Source: Candidatus Saccharimonadota bacterium (GTDB lineage: Bacteria; Patescibacteriota; Saccharimonadia; Saccharimonadales; Saccharimonadaceae). From it: a stretch of 64,000 nt of DNA. The notes beneath the pieces were generated by a model. The model searched no databases, was not told the DNA's origin, and was given only the letters and a program-made list of their open reading frames with translations. Shown piece after piece: positions 33,666 through 43,940 of the stretch. Numbering within the stretch: position 1 is the first letter of the stretch; every line of letters begins with the position of its first letter. Made by a program: the position numbers and the translations under genes. The stretch is from the NCBI GenBank assembly GCA_017513185.1, contig JAFXGL010000008.1, forward strand, positions 97,323 through 161,322. The letters are read 5' to 3'.

Positions 33666-35669
33666 ATGAACTTCCAGCTCGTCTCCAAATACCAACCCAC
33701 TGGCGACCAACCTGCCGCCATTAAACAGCTTACCAAAGGTCTCAAAGAGGGTGTTAAAGAACAGACTCTGCTCGGCGTCACTGGCTCTGGTAAAACTTTT
33801 ACCATGGCCAACCTCATTCAAAACTTCGGCAAACCCACGCTCGTCCTCGCACACAATAAAACTCTCGCCGCCCAGCTCTATTCCGAGTTCCGCGAATTTT
33901 TCCCCAAAAACGAAGTGCATTATTTTGTCTCCTACTTTGACTATTATCAGCCCGAGGCCTACATAGCCTCCACTGATACTTACATAGAAAAAGATTCCGC
34001 TATCAACGAAGAAATCGACCGTTTGCGTCACGGCGCCACCGAGGCCTTGCTTACGCGGGATGATGTGATTATCGTTGCTTCTGTTTCCTGCATCTACGGC
34101 ATCGGCTCGCCCATGAGCTACCAAGCCATGTCGCTCCCACTTTGGAAAAAGTCCACCGGCTGGGTGATGGAAGGCGACGTGCCTGTCCCGAGCCAGCTCG
34201 ACTTTATCCGCGAGCTCGTTCGTATTCAATATCATCGCAACGACCTCGCCTTTGAACGTGGTAACTTCCGTGTTATGGGCGACACTGTCGACCTTTATCC
34301 GGCCTCCGGCGAGTGGGCCTATCGTTTTGAATTTGGCTTTGACAATCTCGAATCCGTCAAAATCATCGACCCCCTCACTGGTGATACTCGAGAAAAACCC
34401 GACCATGTCCATATCTTCCCCAATACTCACTACGCTACGCCCGATTCCGACCTTCAGCGCGCCCTCGGTCTCATCGAGGCCGAATACAAAGAGCGTCTCG
34501 CTTTCTTTGAGAAGCATCAAAAATACCTAGAAGCTCAGCGCCTTACTCAACGCATCAAATACGACCTAGAAATGCTCAAGGAAACCGGCTTCGTCAAAGG
34601 TATAGAAAACTATTCTCGCCACCTCGAAGGTCGCAAAGCTGGCGAGCCGCCATATACTCTCCTTGATTTTTTCCCGAAAGATTTTCTACTCCTCGTCGAC
34701 GAATCTCACATGACCCTCCCGCAAGTTCGCGGCATGTATAATGGCGATCACGCCCGCAAAATGGCCCTCGTCGACTACGGCTTCCGTTTACCCAGCGCGC
34801 TCGACAATCGCCCGCTCACCTTTGGCGAATTTTATCGCCACATCTCCCACGCCGTCTACGTCTCCGCCACTCCGGGCGACTACGAACTATCTAACTCCCC
34901 CAAGCCAGCCGAGCAAGTCATCCGCCCCACCGGCCTGCTCGACCCGGAGATTGAAGTTCGTCCTTCCGAAGGACAAATTGACAATCTCATGGAAGAAATC
35001 GACCAGCGCATCGCCAAAAACCAGCGTGTCCTCGTCACCACCCTCACCAAGCGCATGGCTGAAGATTTATCTGACCATCTCAAAGAACGCGGCGTCAAAA
35101 CCGCCTATATCCACAGCGACATCGACACCCTGGAACGCGGCGACATCCTGCGCGACCTCCGCGCCGGCGTTTACGACGTGCTTGTTGGCATCAACCTCCT
35201 GCGTGAAGGTCTCGACCTACCCGAAGTCTCGCTCGTCGCCATCCTCGACGCCGACAAAGAAGGCTTCCTCCGCAGCGAATCTGCTCTCATTCAAACCATC
35301 GGCCGTGCCGCCCGTCACGTGGAAGGCAAAGTTATTATGTATGCCGACTTTATCACTGAGTCCATGGAAAAAGCCATATCAGAGACCGCCCGCCGCCGCG
35401 AACTCCAGACCGCTTACAATAAAAAACACAAAATCACGCCTAAAGGCATCAAGAAAGACATCTCCGCCGGCCTTCGCGCCATCATTCCCGAGAAAGAAAA
35501 GGAAAGTAAGCTTAACATTAAGAAGATTCCAAAAGAAGAGCTCCCGAGCCTCGTCAAACAACTAGAGTCAGAAATGAAACTCGCCGCTGCCAACCTCGAA
35601 TTCGAGCGCGCCGCCCTCCTCCGCGACCAAATTTCAGAAATCCAAACCACCCTCCACCCGCAAAAATAA
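33666..35669 (+). CDS. uvrB: Excinuclease ABC subunit B
   Basis: [19 protein letters not shown], Walker [13 protein letters not shown], and a C-terminal UVR motif ([12 protein letters not shown]). The start is set at 33666, not the track start at 33507. Confidence 0.93.
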   Translation: MNFQLVSKYQPTGDQPAAIKQLTKGLKEGVKEQTLLGVTGSGKTFTMANLIQNFGKPTLVLAHNKTLAAQLYSEFREFFPKNEVHYFVSYFDYYQPEAYIASTDTYIEKDSAINEEIDRLRHGATEALLTRDDVIIVASVSCIYGIGSPMSYQAMSLPLWKKSTGWVMEGDVPVPSQLDFIRELVRIQYHRNDLAFERGNFRVMGDTVDLYPASGEWAYRFEFGFDNLESVKIIDPLTGDTREKPDHVHIFPNTHYATPDSDLQRALGLIEAEYKERLAFFEKHQKYLEAQRLTQRIKYDLEMLKETGFVKGIENYSRHLEGRKAGEPPYTLLDFFPKDFLLLVDESHMTLPQVRGMYNGDHARKMALVDYGFRLPSALDNRPLTFGEFYRHISHAVYVSATPGDYELSNSPKPAEQVIRPTGLLDPEIEVRPSEGQIDNLMEEIDQRIAKNQRVLVTTLTKRMAEDLSDHLKERGVKTAYIHSDIDTLERGDILRDLRAGVYDVLVGINLLREGLDLPEVSLVAILDADKEGFLRSESALIQTIGRAARHVEGKVIMYADFITESMEKAISETARRRELQTAYNKKHKITPKGIKKDISAGLRAIIPEKEKESKLNIKKIPKEELPSLVKQLESEMKLAAANLEFERAALLRDQISEIQTTLHPQK

Positions 35670-35720
35670 AATAAAATCCCGTTGTTTTTAAGCAAGGCTT
35701 ATGCTAAAATAAATATAAAT

Positions 35721-35996
35721 ATGAGTGACGAGAGAGTTAAGAGAATCATTTCAGCCGAGCCAGCGCAGCCCAATGCGCCCTCTATCATGTCCGCTCCGCG
35801 CGACAAGAAGAAAGGCCAGCGCGTCATTATCATTATCGCCGCCCTCATCATTAGCCTCGCTATCAATGTCATCCTCGCCGTCACTTCGCTTTCTAAGAAC
35901 GAACGCATCAACCAAATGGAAAACGACATTAAGGATTACAAGTCCGACATTGTCGAACTCAAAAACAAAATCAATACTTTGAACGACTCGCTTTAA
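35721..35996 (+). CDS. Small bitopic coiled-coil protein (FtsB/DivIC-like, tentative)
   Basis: TM helix VIIIIAALIISLAINVILAV followed by a heptad-like region NQMENDIKDYKSDIVELKNKINTLNDSL. TGCTAAAAT lies at 35702-35710. Confidence 0.4.
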   Translation: MSDERVKRIISAEPAQPNAPSIMSAPRDKKKGQRVIIIIAALIISLAINVILAVTSLSKNERINQMENDIKDYKSDIVELKNKINTLNDSL

Positions 35997-36030
35997 CCCC
36001 TAAAATATAGTTCTATTATGGCACGTTTCG

Positions 36031-36039
36031 TGCTATAAT
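36031..36039 (+). promoter_or_regulatory. Extended -10 (TGCTATAAT) 8 nt upstream of the gatC ATG
   Basis: Read directly from the sequence. Confidence 0.55.
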
Positions 36040-36047
36040 TTTTTGTA

Positions 36048-36335
36048 ATGGAAGTTACAGAACAAGAAATCAATCACCTCGCGAAGCTCAGTAATTTTAC
36101 GCTTCAGCCCGAGGAAAAAACTGCGCTAAAAAAAGATTTGGGGAATATTTTCAAATACATTAGCAAACTCGACGAGCTTAATGTCGACGGAGTCGAGCCC
36201 ACCTACCAAGTCTTTGAAATGGAAAATATCTGGCGCCCCGACGAAATCACAGAGCAAGACGCCGACCGCGAAGCTCTGCTCGCCCTAACCAAAGAAGAGA
36301 CCGACCATCAAATTAAAGTCCCGAAGGTATTATAA
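36048..36335 (+). CDS. gatC: Glu/Asp-tRNA amidotransferase subunit C
   Basis: 95 aa, LAKLSNFTLQPEEK...VDGVEPTYQV, immediately upstream of gatA. Confidence 0.85.
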   Translation: MEVTEQEINHLAKLSNFTLQPEEKTALKKDLGNIFKYISKLDELNVDGVEPTYQVFEMENIWRPDEITEQDADREALLALTKEETDHQIKVPKVL

Positions 36336-36337
36336 TT

Positions 36338-37729
36338 ATGAAACTAGCCGATAAAACCACCACCGCCGTATCCCTCGTCAAAGCGAGCCTGAAACGTATC
36401 GAAGAAACCCAGGACAAAAACATCTTCACCTTCGTCGACAAAGAGCGCGCTCTAAAGAGAGCGGCAGAAATTGATCAGAAAATCCAAAACGGCGAAGACG
36501 CTGGCTGCCTAGCTGGTGTACCCTTTGCCCTCAAAGCTAACTTCCTTTCCACCCACCGCCCCGCCGACGCTTCCGCCAAAATCCTTACCGAGTTCCTTTC
36601 TCCCATCGACTCCACTACCGCAGAAAAACTAGAAAAAGCGGGCGCTATCTGCATGGGCTGCGTCAACCTTGACGCCTTCGCTCACGGCTCTTCCACCGAG
36701 AACTCTTACTTTGGCCCCACCAAAAACGCCTATGACGACGAACGTGTCGCTGGCGGCTCGAGCGGCGGCTCGGCTGTCGCTGTCGCGCTCGACTGCGTGC
36801 AGTTCGCTACTGGCTCCGACACTGGCGGTTCCATCCGCCAACCCGCCTCGTTTAACGGTGTCTTTGGTATCAAACCCACCTACGGCGCCATTTCCCGCTA
36901 CGGTGTGGTCGCCATGGCCTCTAGCCTGGACGTGATTGGCTTCTTTACCAAGTCTGCAGAAGACCTCGACCTTTTGATGTCCGTCACCGCCGGCCAAGAC
37001 CCCAAAGACCAGACTACCCTCCCCGACTTTTACGGCACTGACGACGTGGCATTAAAGAAAAAATCCATCGGCTACGTCAAAGAATTCATGGAATCTCCCG
37101 CCCTCGACTCGGAGATTAAAACTGCACTCGAAAGTAAGCTCGCCGAACTCAAAAAGCAAGGTTACAAAATCGTCGAGCTCTCCATGCCGACCCTCGAATA
37201 CGCCCTTGCCGCCTACTACATTATCCAGCCGGCCGAAGTCGCCTCTAACCTCTCGCGTTACGACGGCGTCCGCTATGGCTTCCGCACGGAAAATCTCAAA
37301 TCCGAAGATAAGACCCCGCTCGACCTCCTCTTTGAGAATACCCGCTCCGAAGGCTTTATGCGAGAAAATAAGCGCCGCATCATGATTGGTAACTTCGTCT
37401 TAAGCTCTGGCTTCTACGACGCTTACTTCCTCAAAGCCGCCAAAGCCCGCACGCTTATCATCCAAGAATTTGAGAAAGCTTTTAAAGAAGTTGATGCCAT
37501 TTTGAGTCCTGTCTCGCCCAACCCCGCCTTTAGGCTCGGCGAAAAAGTTAGCGACCCCGTCGCCATGTATCTCGAAGACGTCATGTCCGTCCCGGTCAAC
37601 CTCGCTGGCGTCCCGGCTGTCGCCTTCCCGGTAGGGAAGAGCAAGACTGGCCTCCCCCTCGGCCTCCAGTTGATTGGCCCTCGTCGCAGCGATAAAAACC
37701 TCATTAAACTTTCAGGAGAACTCGCCTAA
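36338..37729 (+). CDS. gatA: Glu/Asp-tRNA amidotransferase subunit A
   Basis: Amidase signature GGSSGGSAVAVA, and GSDTGGSIRQPA. Confidence 0.92.
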   Translation: MKLADKTTTAVSLVKASLKRIEETQDKNIFTFVDKERALKRAAEIDQKIQNGEDAGCLAGVPFALKANFLSTHRPADASAKILTEFLSPIDSTTAEKLEKAGAICMGCVNLDAFAHGSSTENSYFGPTKNAYDDERVAGGSSGGSAVAVALDCVQFATGSDTGGSIRQPASFNGVFGIKPTYGAISRYGVVAMASSLDVIGFFTKSAEDLDLLMSVTAGQDPKDQTTLPDFYGTDDVALKKKSIGYVKEFMESPALDSEIKTALESKLAELKKQGYKIVELSMPTLEYALAAYYIIQPAEVASNLSRYDGVRYGFRTENLKSEDKTPLDLLFENTRSEGFMRENKRRIMIGNFVLSSGFYDAYFLKAAKARTLIIQEFEKAFKEVDAILSPVSPNPAFRLGEKVSDPVAMYLEDVMSVPVNLAGVPAVAFPVGKSKTGLPLGLQLIGPRRSDKNLIKLSGELA

Positions 37730-38151
37730 TGGACGCTTCATTCATCGCACTCTTTGGCTCTATCCTCGTGGTCGGCATTTTGGTCTTTGTAGCCATCATT
37801 CTAACCGGCAAACGCAAATACACTTTTAACAAGCTAGAATACCAGACCGACTTTCTCGCCATCGAGAACTCCTTAACCAAAGAAAACCCACAAAGCTACA
37901 ACATGTCCGTCGTCGAAGGCGACAAATTGCTCGACAAAGCCTTGCTAGAGATGGGCCTCTCCGGCCGCACCATGGGTGAACGCCTCAAAAAATGCGGTAA
38001 AGAAAAGTTTTCTCAAACTAATGCCGTCTGGAACGCCCACAAGCTGCGCAATCAAATCGCCCACGAGCCCGGCTTCAAACTAGAATATCACCAAGCTAAG
38101 CACGCTCTTGCCATCTACAAACAAGCTTTAAGAGATTTAGGAGCCATCTAA
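37729..38151 (+). CDS. Small N-terminally anchored membrane protein with an RNxxxH (HEPN-like) helical domain, inserted between gatA and gatB
   Basis: TM helix IALFGSILVVGILVFVAIIL. C-terminal motif AHKLRNQIAHE. TAATG overlap with the gatA stop. gatB starts 2 nt after its stop. Confidence 0.55.
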   Translation: MDASFIALFGSILVVGILVFVAIILTGKRKYTFNKLEYQTDFLAIENSLTKENPQSYNMSVVEGDKLLDKALLEMGLSGRTMGERLKKCGKEKFSQTNAVWNAHKLRNQIAHEPGFKLEYHQAKHALAIYKQALRDLGAI

Positions 38152-38152
38152 C

Positions 38153-39577
38153 ATGTCTAACAAGTACGAAATCACCATCGGCATCGAATGCCACGTCCAG
38201 CTCAAAACCAAGACCAAGCTCTTTTCTGAAGTTGACAATGACGCCCGTGGTAAAGAACCCAACTCTTGCGTTTCTCCCGTCGACTACGCCCTCCCCGGCA
38301 TGCTTCCGCGCCTCAACGGCGAAGCCGTCAAGCTCGCCATCCGCGCCGGTGCGGCCATGAATGCCAAAATCAACCCTTCCTCGCGCTTTGACCGCAAACA
38401 TTACTTTTATCCCGACTCACCCAAAGGCTACCAAATCACCCAGTTTTATCACCCAATTGTAGGCGAAGGCTACATAGAACTTCCGTCTGGCAAAAAAATC
38501 CGCATTGAACATGCCCACCTTGAAGGTGATGCTGGCAAGCTCACGCATTTCGACACTTACTCCCTTGTCGACCTCAACCGCGTCGACACCCCGCTCCTAG
38601 AAATCGTCTCTATGCCGGATATGTCTAGCGCCGAAGAAGCTCGCGATTACTGCAAAGAACTCTGGCGTAACATGACCTACGCTGGCGTCACCTACGGCGA
38701 CCTCTACAACGGCAACATGCGTTTTGACGTCAACATCTCCCTCAAAAAGCCGGAAGATACCAAGCTCGGCACTCGTGCCGAAATCAAAAACCTCAACAGC
38801 TTCCGCTCCGTCGAACGCGCCGTCCTCTACGAATACGAACGCCAAAGCAAGATTTTGGATAAGGGCGAAAAGGTCAAACAAGAAACTCGTGGCTGGTCCG
38901 ACGCTACCGGCAAGACCACTTCCCAGCGCAGCAAGGAAGAGGCGCAAGATTATCGCTATATGCCCGAGCCTGACCTCCCACCGCTTAATCTTGCCGAAGA
39001 TTTTATCAAGGCCGAATACGACAAGTGTCCTGAATTGCCGGCTGATTATCGTCGCAAATTTGACGGCATTATCCCCGCAGACACGCTTGAGGTCTTGCTA
39101 GACTACGCTGAGCTCATGCTCCGCCTTGCCGAAATCCACGCCGCCGGTCAACCGGTGGATTACGTCGCTAACCTCTTTGCGTCCGTCCTGCTCGCCGAAG
39201 AAAACCAAAGTCTCCTCAACGACAAACTCCCCGAGGCCAATCAACTTACCGAGCTCGCCGAGATGAAGGCCAAAAAGGAGCTATCGTCGACCGCCGCCAA
39301 AGAAGTCTTCATTAAGCTCTTTGAGCCTAAGCACGCCAGTAAATCTCCGCGCGAACTCGCTAAAGAGTTAAACCTCATTCAAGAAAACGACTCCGCTACC
39401 CTTGAAGCCATCGTCGATAAGGTGTTGGAAAATCCTGCCACCAAGAAAGCTCAAGAAGACTACAAGGCTGGCCAGGAAAAAGTCCTTGGCTTCCTCGTGG
39501 GTCAAGTCATGAAAGAATCTCACGGTAAGGCCAACCCTGCCGCCGTCTCCGAGATTCTCAAAAATAAGTTAAAATAG
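38153..39577 (+). CDS. gatB: Glu/Asp-tRNA amidotransferase subunit B
   Basis: YEITIGIECHVQL, DRKHYFYPD and CDVNIS-like FDVNISL motifs, with a C-terminal YqeY-like tail. Confidence 0.92.
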   Translation: MSNKYEITIGIECHVQLKTKTKLFSEVDNDARGKEPNSCVSPVDYALPGMLPRLNGEAVKLAIRAGAAMNAKINPSSRFDRKHYFYPDSPKGYQITQFYHPIVGEGYIELPSGKKIRIEHAHLEGDAGKLTHFDTYSLVDLNRVDTPLLEIVSMPDMSSAEEARDYCKELWRNMTYAGVTYGDLYNGNMRFDVNISLKKPEDTKLGTRAEIKNLNSFRSVERAVLYEYERQSKILDKGEKVKQETRGWSDATGKTTSQRSKEEAQDYRYMPEPDLPPLNLAEDFIKAEYDKCPELPADYRRKFDGIIPADTLEVLLDYAELMLRLAEIHAAGQPVDYVANLFASVLLAEENQSLLNDKLPEANQLTELAEMKAKKELSSTAAKEVFIKLFEPKHASKSPRELAKELNLIQENDSATLEAIVDKVLENPATKKAQEDYKAGQEKVLGFLVGQVMKESHGKANPAAVSEILKNKLK

Positions 39578-39627
39578 GCTTAACAATTTTTAATTACTAG
39601 TCTATAATAAGTGGAGTAAGGAGTATT

Positions 39628-40809
39628 ATGGCTAAAAAAATCAAAATTTTTTCGCAAGTTATTTTAGGTGTCGCTTCAGCTATTACCTTGAGCTACGCCG
39701 CTGCTATTTCCCCCGCACATGCCTGTGAGGGCGACCCCACCGGACAGACCAACTGCAGCGAAGAAACAGTCCTCATCTCTCCCGCTCCAGATGCTGAGGC
39801 CGAAGACATTTACGGTGACGCCAATACCAAGCTCGACTCCGAGCGCTCCGTTTCGCACTCCTTCTTTCTCGCTGGCAACGAAGTCACATCCAAAGACCGC
39901 GTTGATGGCATCCACTTTCTCGCGGGTAATCTAGTTGAGTTTACCGGCTCCGCCGAATATGGCGCCTTTGCTGGCAACTCACTCAAAGTCAACGGCGAGG
40001 TCGAAAAAGACCTTTTCGTTGCGGGTAATTCTATCGAAATCGGCGAAGATACTAATATCGGCCGCGACCTTTACGCTGCCGCCTCTACCGTCCTTATCAA
40101 GGCCAACCTAAACGGCAATGCCTTTGCTGGTGGCACTCGCGTCGTGCTAGAAAACGTCACTATCGCTGGTGACCTCAGCCTTGCCGCCGACGAAATTGTC
40201 GTGAAGGGCAAAGTTTCTATCGCCGGCACTCTCAAATATAACGACAATGCCATCGTCACCGGCCTAGAAAACCTCTCCACCGGCAAGACCGAGACCTACG
40301 TCGGCTCCTCTAATAAAATCGACTTCTCCTTCGCCACTTCCATCACCACTAAGCTCATCTTCCTCCTCGGCCGTCTCCTCGTTGCCATCGTACTCATAGC
40401 TATCGCCGGTAAATTCAGTAAACGCCTCATTGACGAGTTCAACCCCAAGAATTCCTGGAAAGACCTCGCCCTGGGCCTAGGCTTGCTCCTCGCCACTCCG
40501 CTCGCCATTATCTTTACCGCTATCACCGTCATCGGCTTACCGCTCGGGCTCGTTGGTCTTGGCTTCTACGTCCTCTTTGCTTACCTTTCCACTTCCGCCA
40601 CTGGCCTCGTTATCGGCGACCTCCTAGCCAAGTACGCCCTTAAGAACGAAAAGCTTCACATCTTCCTCAAGGCTGCCATGGGCATCACCTTATTGACGTT
40701 CCTCGGCCTCATCCCTTATGTTGGCGGCCTCATCTCTGGCCTCGCCACCTGCTTTGGCTTTGGTTACCTCGTCCATAAAGTCTTCCGCCAACCCAAAACC
40801 AGCAAATAG
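39628..40809 (+). CDS. Membrane protein: secreted beta-helix-like repeat region (bactofilin/polymer-forming-like) plus polytopic C-terminal domain
   Basis: N-terminal signal peptide. Repeated FLAGN/FVAGN/FAGG segments about 20 aa apart. At least 4 C-terminal hydrophobic helices. AAGGAG Shine-Dalgarno. Confidence 0.55.
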   Translation: MAKKIKIFSQVILGVASAITLSYAAAISPAHACEGDPTGQTNCSEETVLISPAPDAEAEDIYGDANTKLDSERSVSHSFFLAGNEVTSKDRVDGIHFLAGNLVEFTGSAEYGAFAGNSLKVNGEVEKDLFVAGNSIEIGEDTNIGRDLYAAASTVLIKANLNGNAFAGGTRVVLENVTIAGDLSLAADEIVVKGKVSIAGTLKYNDNAIVTGLENLSTGKTETYVGSSNKIDFSFATSITTKLIFLLGRLLVAIVLIAIAGKFSKRLIDEFNPKNSWKDLALGLGLLLATPLAIIFTAITVIGLPLGLVGLGFYVLFAYLSTSATGLVIGDLLAKYALKNEKLHIFLKAAMGITLLTFLGLIPYVGGLISGLATCFGFGYLVHKVFRQPKTSK

Positions 40810-40812
40810 CCT

Positions 40813-41523
40813 ATGATGCACAGCTCCTGGAAACCGTTTCTAGAACAAGAGTTTGAGAAACCTTACTTCCAGGAGCTTTCTCATTTCCTGACGAAAGCCT
40901 ACCAGACCAAAACCATCTTCCCTAAAAAAGAAGCCGTCTTTCGCGCCTTTGCTACGGATTTAAACGACGTCAAAGTCGTCATCCTCGGCCAAGATCCCTA
41001 CCACACGCCCGGCGCCGCCATGGGTCTAGCCTTTTCTGTGCCGGCGACTGAAAAAATTCCGCCCAGCCTCATCAACATTTACAAAGAAATCGATTCTGAT
41101 CTCGGCCAAATCTACCAAGACCTCAAGACCATGAACCCCAACCTCCAGCTCAACCCGGAAGATTACCGGCATCACAATAAAACCGGCGACTTATCAAGTT
41201 GGGCTGAACAGGGCGTTTTGTTGCTCAATAATGTCCTCACCGTCGAGGCGCATCTCGCTGGCTCACACCGCGGTAAAGGTTGGGAGACTTTCACAGAAAA
41301 CGTCATCAAATATCTAAACGCAACCCGTCCACATCTCGTCTTCATCCTTTGGGGACGCGATGCTCGCAACAAAAAACCACTCATCGACCAGACCAAACAC
41401 CTCATCCTTGAATCTGCTCACCCTTCGCCACTCTCGGCTTTCTCTGGCTTCTTCGGCTCTCGTCCTTTTAGTAAAACCAACGACTTCCTAAAAGACCACG
41501 GGCTCACGCCGATAGTTTGGTAG
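40813..41523 (+). CDS. ung: Uracil-DNA glycosylase (family 1)
   Basis: VVILGQDPYH, GVLLLNNVLTV and HPSPLSA motifs. Confidence 0.9.
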   Translation: MMHSSWKPFLEQEFEKPYFQELSHFLTKAYQTKTIFPKKEAVFRAFATDLNDVKVVILGQDPYHTPGAAMGLAFSVPATEKIPPSLINIYKEIDSDLGQIYQDLKTMNPNLQLNPEDYRHHNKTGDLSSWAEQGVLLLNNVLTVEAHLAGSHRGKGWETFTENVIKYLNATRPHLVFILWGRDARNKKPLIDQTKHLILESAHPSPLSAFSGFFGSRPFSKTNDFLKDHGLTPIVW

Positions 41524-42060
41524 CTAATTTACCCACTTAAGCAAGCGCTCACGCTCCGGCGTCCCCGGCTCGTATTGTGCCAAAATATCCTCGGTATAAG
41601 TCTTGCCATTAGTAATGTTTAAAGTCTCCACGTCCGGGCAGGCCGCCAGCAGGCGAATCACTGCTTCGTCAGTGTCGATATTGGTCATCGATTTGCTTTT
41701 GTCGGACTTGTGCGAATGTACGCGCAGCTCCTTATAAACGAAGCGCTTAATCCCCGCCTGCAGGCAATACTTCAGGCAGTTCTCGCAAGTCGCGATTGTA
41801 TTGTAAACGGTGTAGCCAGTCAAATCTCGCCCGGCAAACAGCACTGCGTTCATTTCTGAATGAATCGCGAAGTAATATTTCATCGGGCGCTCAGACAGCG
41901 TCATCTTTGACTCATCCGCCCCCTGAATCGTCCCATTGTAACCAAACGACACCGGCCGATGCCGTTCGTCCACAATTACGCACCCGTTCTTGCTCGACGG
42001 GTCTTTTGACTTTTTCGCGACCTCCGTCGCTATCCCCATAAAATAAGTATCCCAATCCAT
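41524..42060 (-). CDS. dCMP (deoxycytidylate) deaminase, ComEB-like
   Basis: Zinc motifs HSEMNA and TCENCLKY. The start is set at the ATG at 42060, with TGATATAAT 6 nt upstream. Confidence 0.8.
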   Translation of the reverse strand: MDWDTYFMGIATEVAKKSKDPSSKNGCVIVDERHRPVSFGYNGTIQGADESKMTLSERPMKYYFAIHSEMNAVLFAGRDLTGYTVYNTIATCENCLKYCLQAGIKRFVYKELRVHSHKSDKSKSMTNIDTDEAVIRLLAACPDVETLNITNGKTYTEDILAQYEPGTPERERLLKWVN

Positions 42061-42066
42061 GCCCAC

Positions 42067-42075
42067 ATTATATCA
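42067..42075 (-). promoter_or_regulatory. Extended -10 (TGATATAAT on minus strand) 6 nt upstream of the ATG at 42060
   Basis: The plus strand reads ATTATATCA at 42067-42075. Confidence 0.55.
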
Positions 42076-42144
42076 TACTATCTCGCTACAGCTTGCAGTT
42101 TTTTCGGTTTCACGCTACTCTTAAACTAATCTTAAAGGAGAGAT

Positions 42145-43920
42145 ATGGAGCTTAAACACCACTATTTTCGTAGTATCAATTTAAAATTCTTGGCGATAGC
42201 CCTCACTTTACTACTTTCAAACACTCTCTGCGTTTACAAAGCTAGTAGTATCACCGACGAACAAAGGTCTTATCTCAACTGCTCGGACTTTATGTTTGTC
42301 TTTGCTCGCGGCTCCGGCGCCGAACTCAACAGCGACCGTGACTTTAAGCCCTTCAAGGCCGCCGTCGACGAAGTCTTTGGTAGCTCCGACTACTCCTACA
42401 GCTTTTACGAACTTGGCAGTACCGCCTGGAGCGGTCACTCGTACCCCGCACCGGGCATCGGTATCTCCACTTGGAAACGCTTCACTACCTCCATCGGCGC
42501 TCTCCTCTCCGGCGGGGAAATGAACGAATATGGTGACTCGGTCTATTCCGGCACTGTCGAAGCCAAAACTTTCATTTGGCAAATGCGTAGTGTCTGCCCC
42601 AACACCAAAATTGTCCTAGCGGGTTTCAGCCAAGGCGCCCAAGTCGTTTCTAGCGCCTTGCAAATTATCGACCCTAGTTGGATTTATGCCGCTCTCACCT
42701 TTGGTGACCCCAAACTCTACCTTCCAGAAGGGAAGATGAACTGGTTTACTCGTTCCACCGCTGCCTGTCGTAACGAAAATCTCTCCGAATACCGCGCCTT
42801 TGTTCCCGATTGCTATGCTTACCAGGGTATCCTTGGCGGTTATAATCCTTACCAACCCAGCGGCTACGGTGGCAAGCTCAAGGCTTACTGCCAGTGGCAC
42901 GACGTCATTTGCAGCGCCTACATCGACCTCGATAATCTCGCCTATGGTCACGCCTCCTATGCCGAGCAGGGTACCTACAAGCGCGGTGTTCAAGATGTCT
43001 TTAACATGATTGAACCCTCCACCTACGTCCGCCCATCTCAGGACGTCGCCATCCTCTTTGACGTTACTGGCTCCATGCAGCCGCTCCTCGCTCAGTTCCA
43101 ACACGAAGCTATCGCTACGGCCAAAAAGACCCTATCAAAAGGCGGCAAAGTCGCTCTCTACACCTACGGTGACCTCGCAGAGGTCAAGCCGGTCCAGCTC
43201 TGCAATTTTGATACCTGCACTATAGATAATGTCGAAACCTACATCAAAAACCTCACTGTCGACGGCGGTGGCGACTTGCCCGAATCGCTCCTCTCCGCAT
43301 CGTACACTTTGATGCGTGAACTCAAATGGGATATTGGCGCCAATAAATCGCTCGTCGTTCTGACCGATGCCGAATACCACAACCCCGACCGCGACGGTAT
43401 CACACTCGACCAAGTCGTGGAACTTTCCAAATCCATCGACCCGGTCAACTTCTACATTTTGACCGACCCTGCCCACGCTAGCGGCTACCAAGAACTCGCT
43501 ACTCGCACCGACGGCGGTGTCTACACTTCCGACGTCGCTTCGGCTTTTGGCGACCTTGAAGCAGAAATCCTCTCTCGCGACCCCGGCGCCATCTACACCT
43601 CCACTGACCTCCCCGCCCCTACTTCGGCAACCATAACGAACTTGCAAGTCACCAAACTCTCCGACACTGTAGCCGAAGTCTCATTTGATACCGACGGAGT
43701 CATGACCTTCGTCGCGCTAAACGACTACGCTGCCGGCTACACCGAAGAAAAGACCTTCAAGATAGAAGATTTACAAGGCGAGGCCACGGTCTGTCTCTCG
43801 CCCGTCTCCAGTACCGGCTACCGCGGCGACCCAACCTGCGCCAAAATAGAAAAAACTACTGGTCGCGGCGCTGTCGAAATTACTATTCCCAAGGCCCCAA
43901 ACACTGGCAAATCTAGATAA
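42145..43920 (+). CDS. Secreted cutinase-like serine esterase fused to a vWA domain, ending in an IPKAPNTGKSR tag
   Basis: N-terminal signal peptide. Cutinase-type FARGSGAE, nucleophile elbow GFSQGAQV, FGDP and C..HDVIC....GHASY. vWA MIDAS-like DVTGSM and GGGDLPES. No hydrophobic segment follows PNTG. Confidence 0.7.
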   Translation: MELKHHYFRSINLKFLAIALTLLLSNTLCVYKASSITDEQRSYLNCSDFMFVFARGSGAELNSDRDFKPFKAAVDEVFGSSDYSYSFYELGSTAWSGHSYPAPGIGISTWKRFTTSIGALLSGGEMNEYGDSVYSGTVEAKTFIWQMRSVCPNTKIVLAGFSQGAQVVSSALQIIDPSWIYAALTFGDPKLYLPEGKMNWFTRSTAACRNENLSEYRAFVPDCYAYQGILGGYNPYQPSGYGGKLKAYCQWHDVICSAYIDLDNLAYGHASYAEQGTYKRGVQDVFNMIEPSTYVRPSQDVAILFDVTGSMQPLLAQFQHEAIATAKKTLSKGGKVALYTYGDLAEVKPVQLCNFDTCTIDNVETYIKNLTVDGGGDLPESLLSASYTLMRELKWDIGANKSLVVLTDAEYHNPDRDGITLDQVVELSKSIDPVNFYILTDPAHASGYQELATRTDGGVYTSDVASAFGDLEAEILSRDPGAIYTSTDLPAPTSATITNLQVTKLSDTVAEVSFDTDGVMTFVALNDYAAGYTEEKTFKIEDLQGEATVCLSPVSSTGYRGDPTCAKIEKTTGRGAVEITIPKAPNTGKSR

Positions 43921-43927
43921 TATATAT

Positions 43928-43933
43928 TATAAT
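43928..43933 (+). promoter_or_regulatory. -10 box TATAAT 7 nt upstream of the ATG at 43941
   Basis: Read directly from the sequence. Confidence 0.45.
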
Positions 43934-43940
43934 AGTATAT

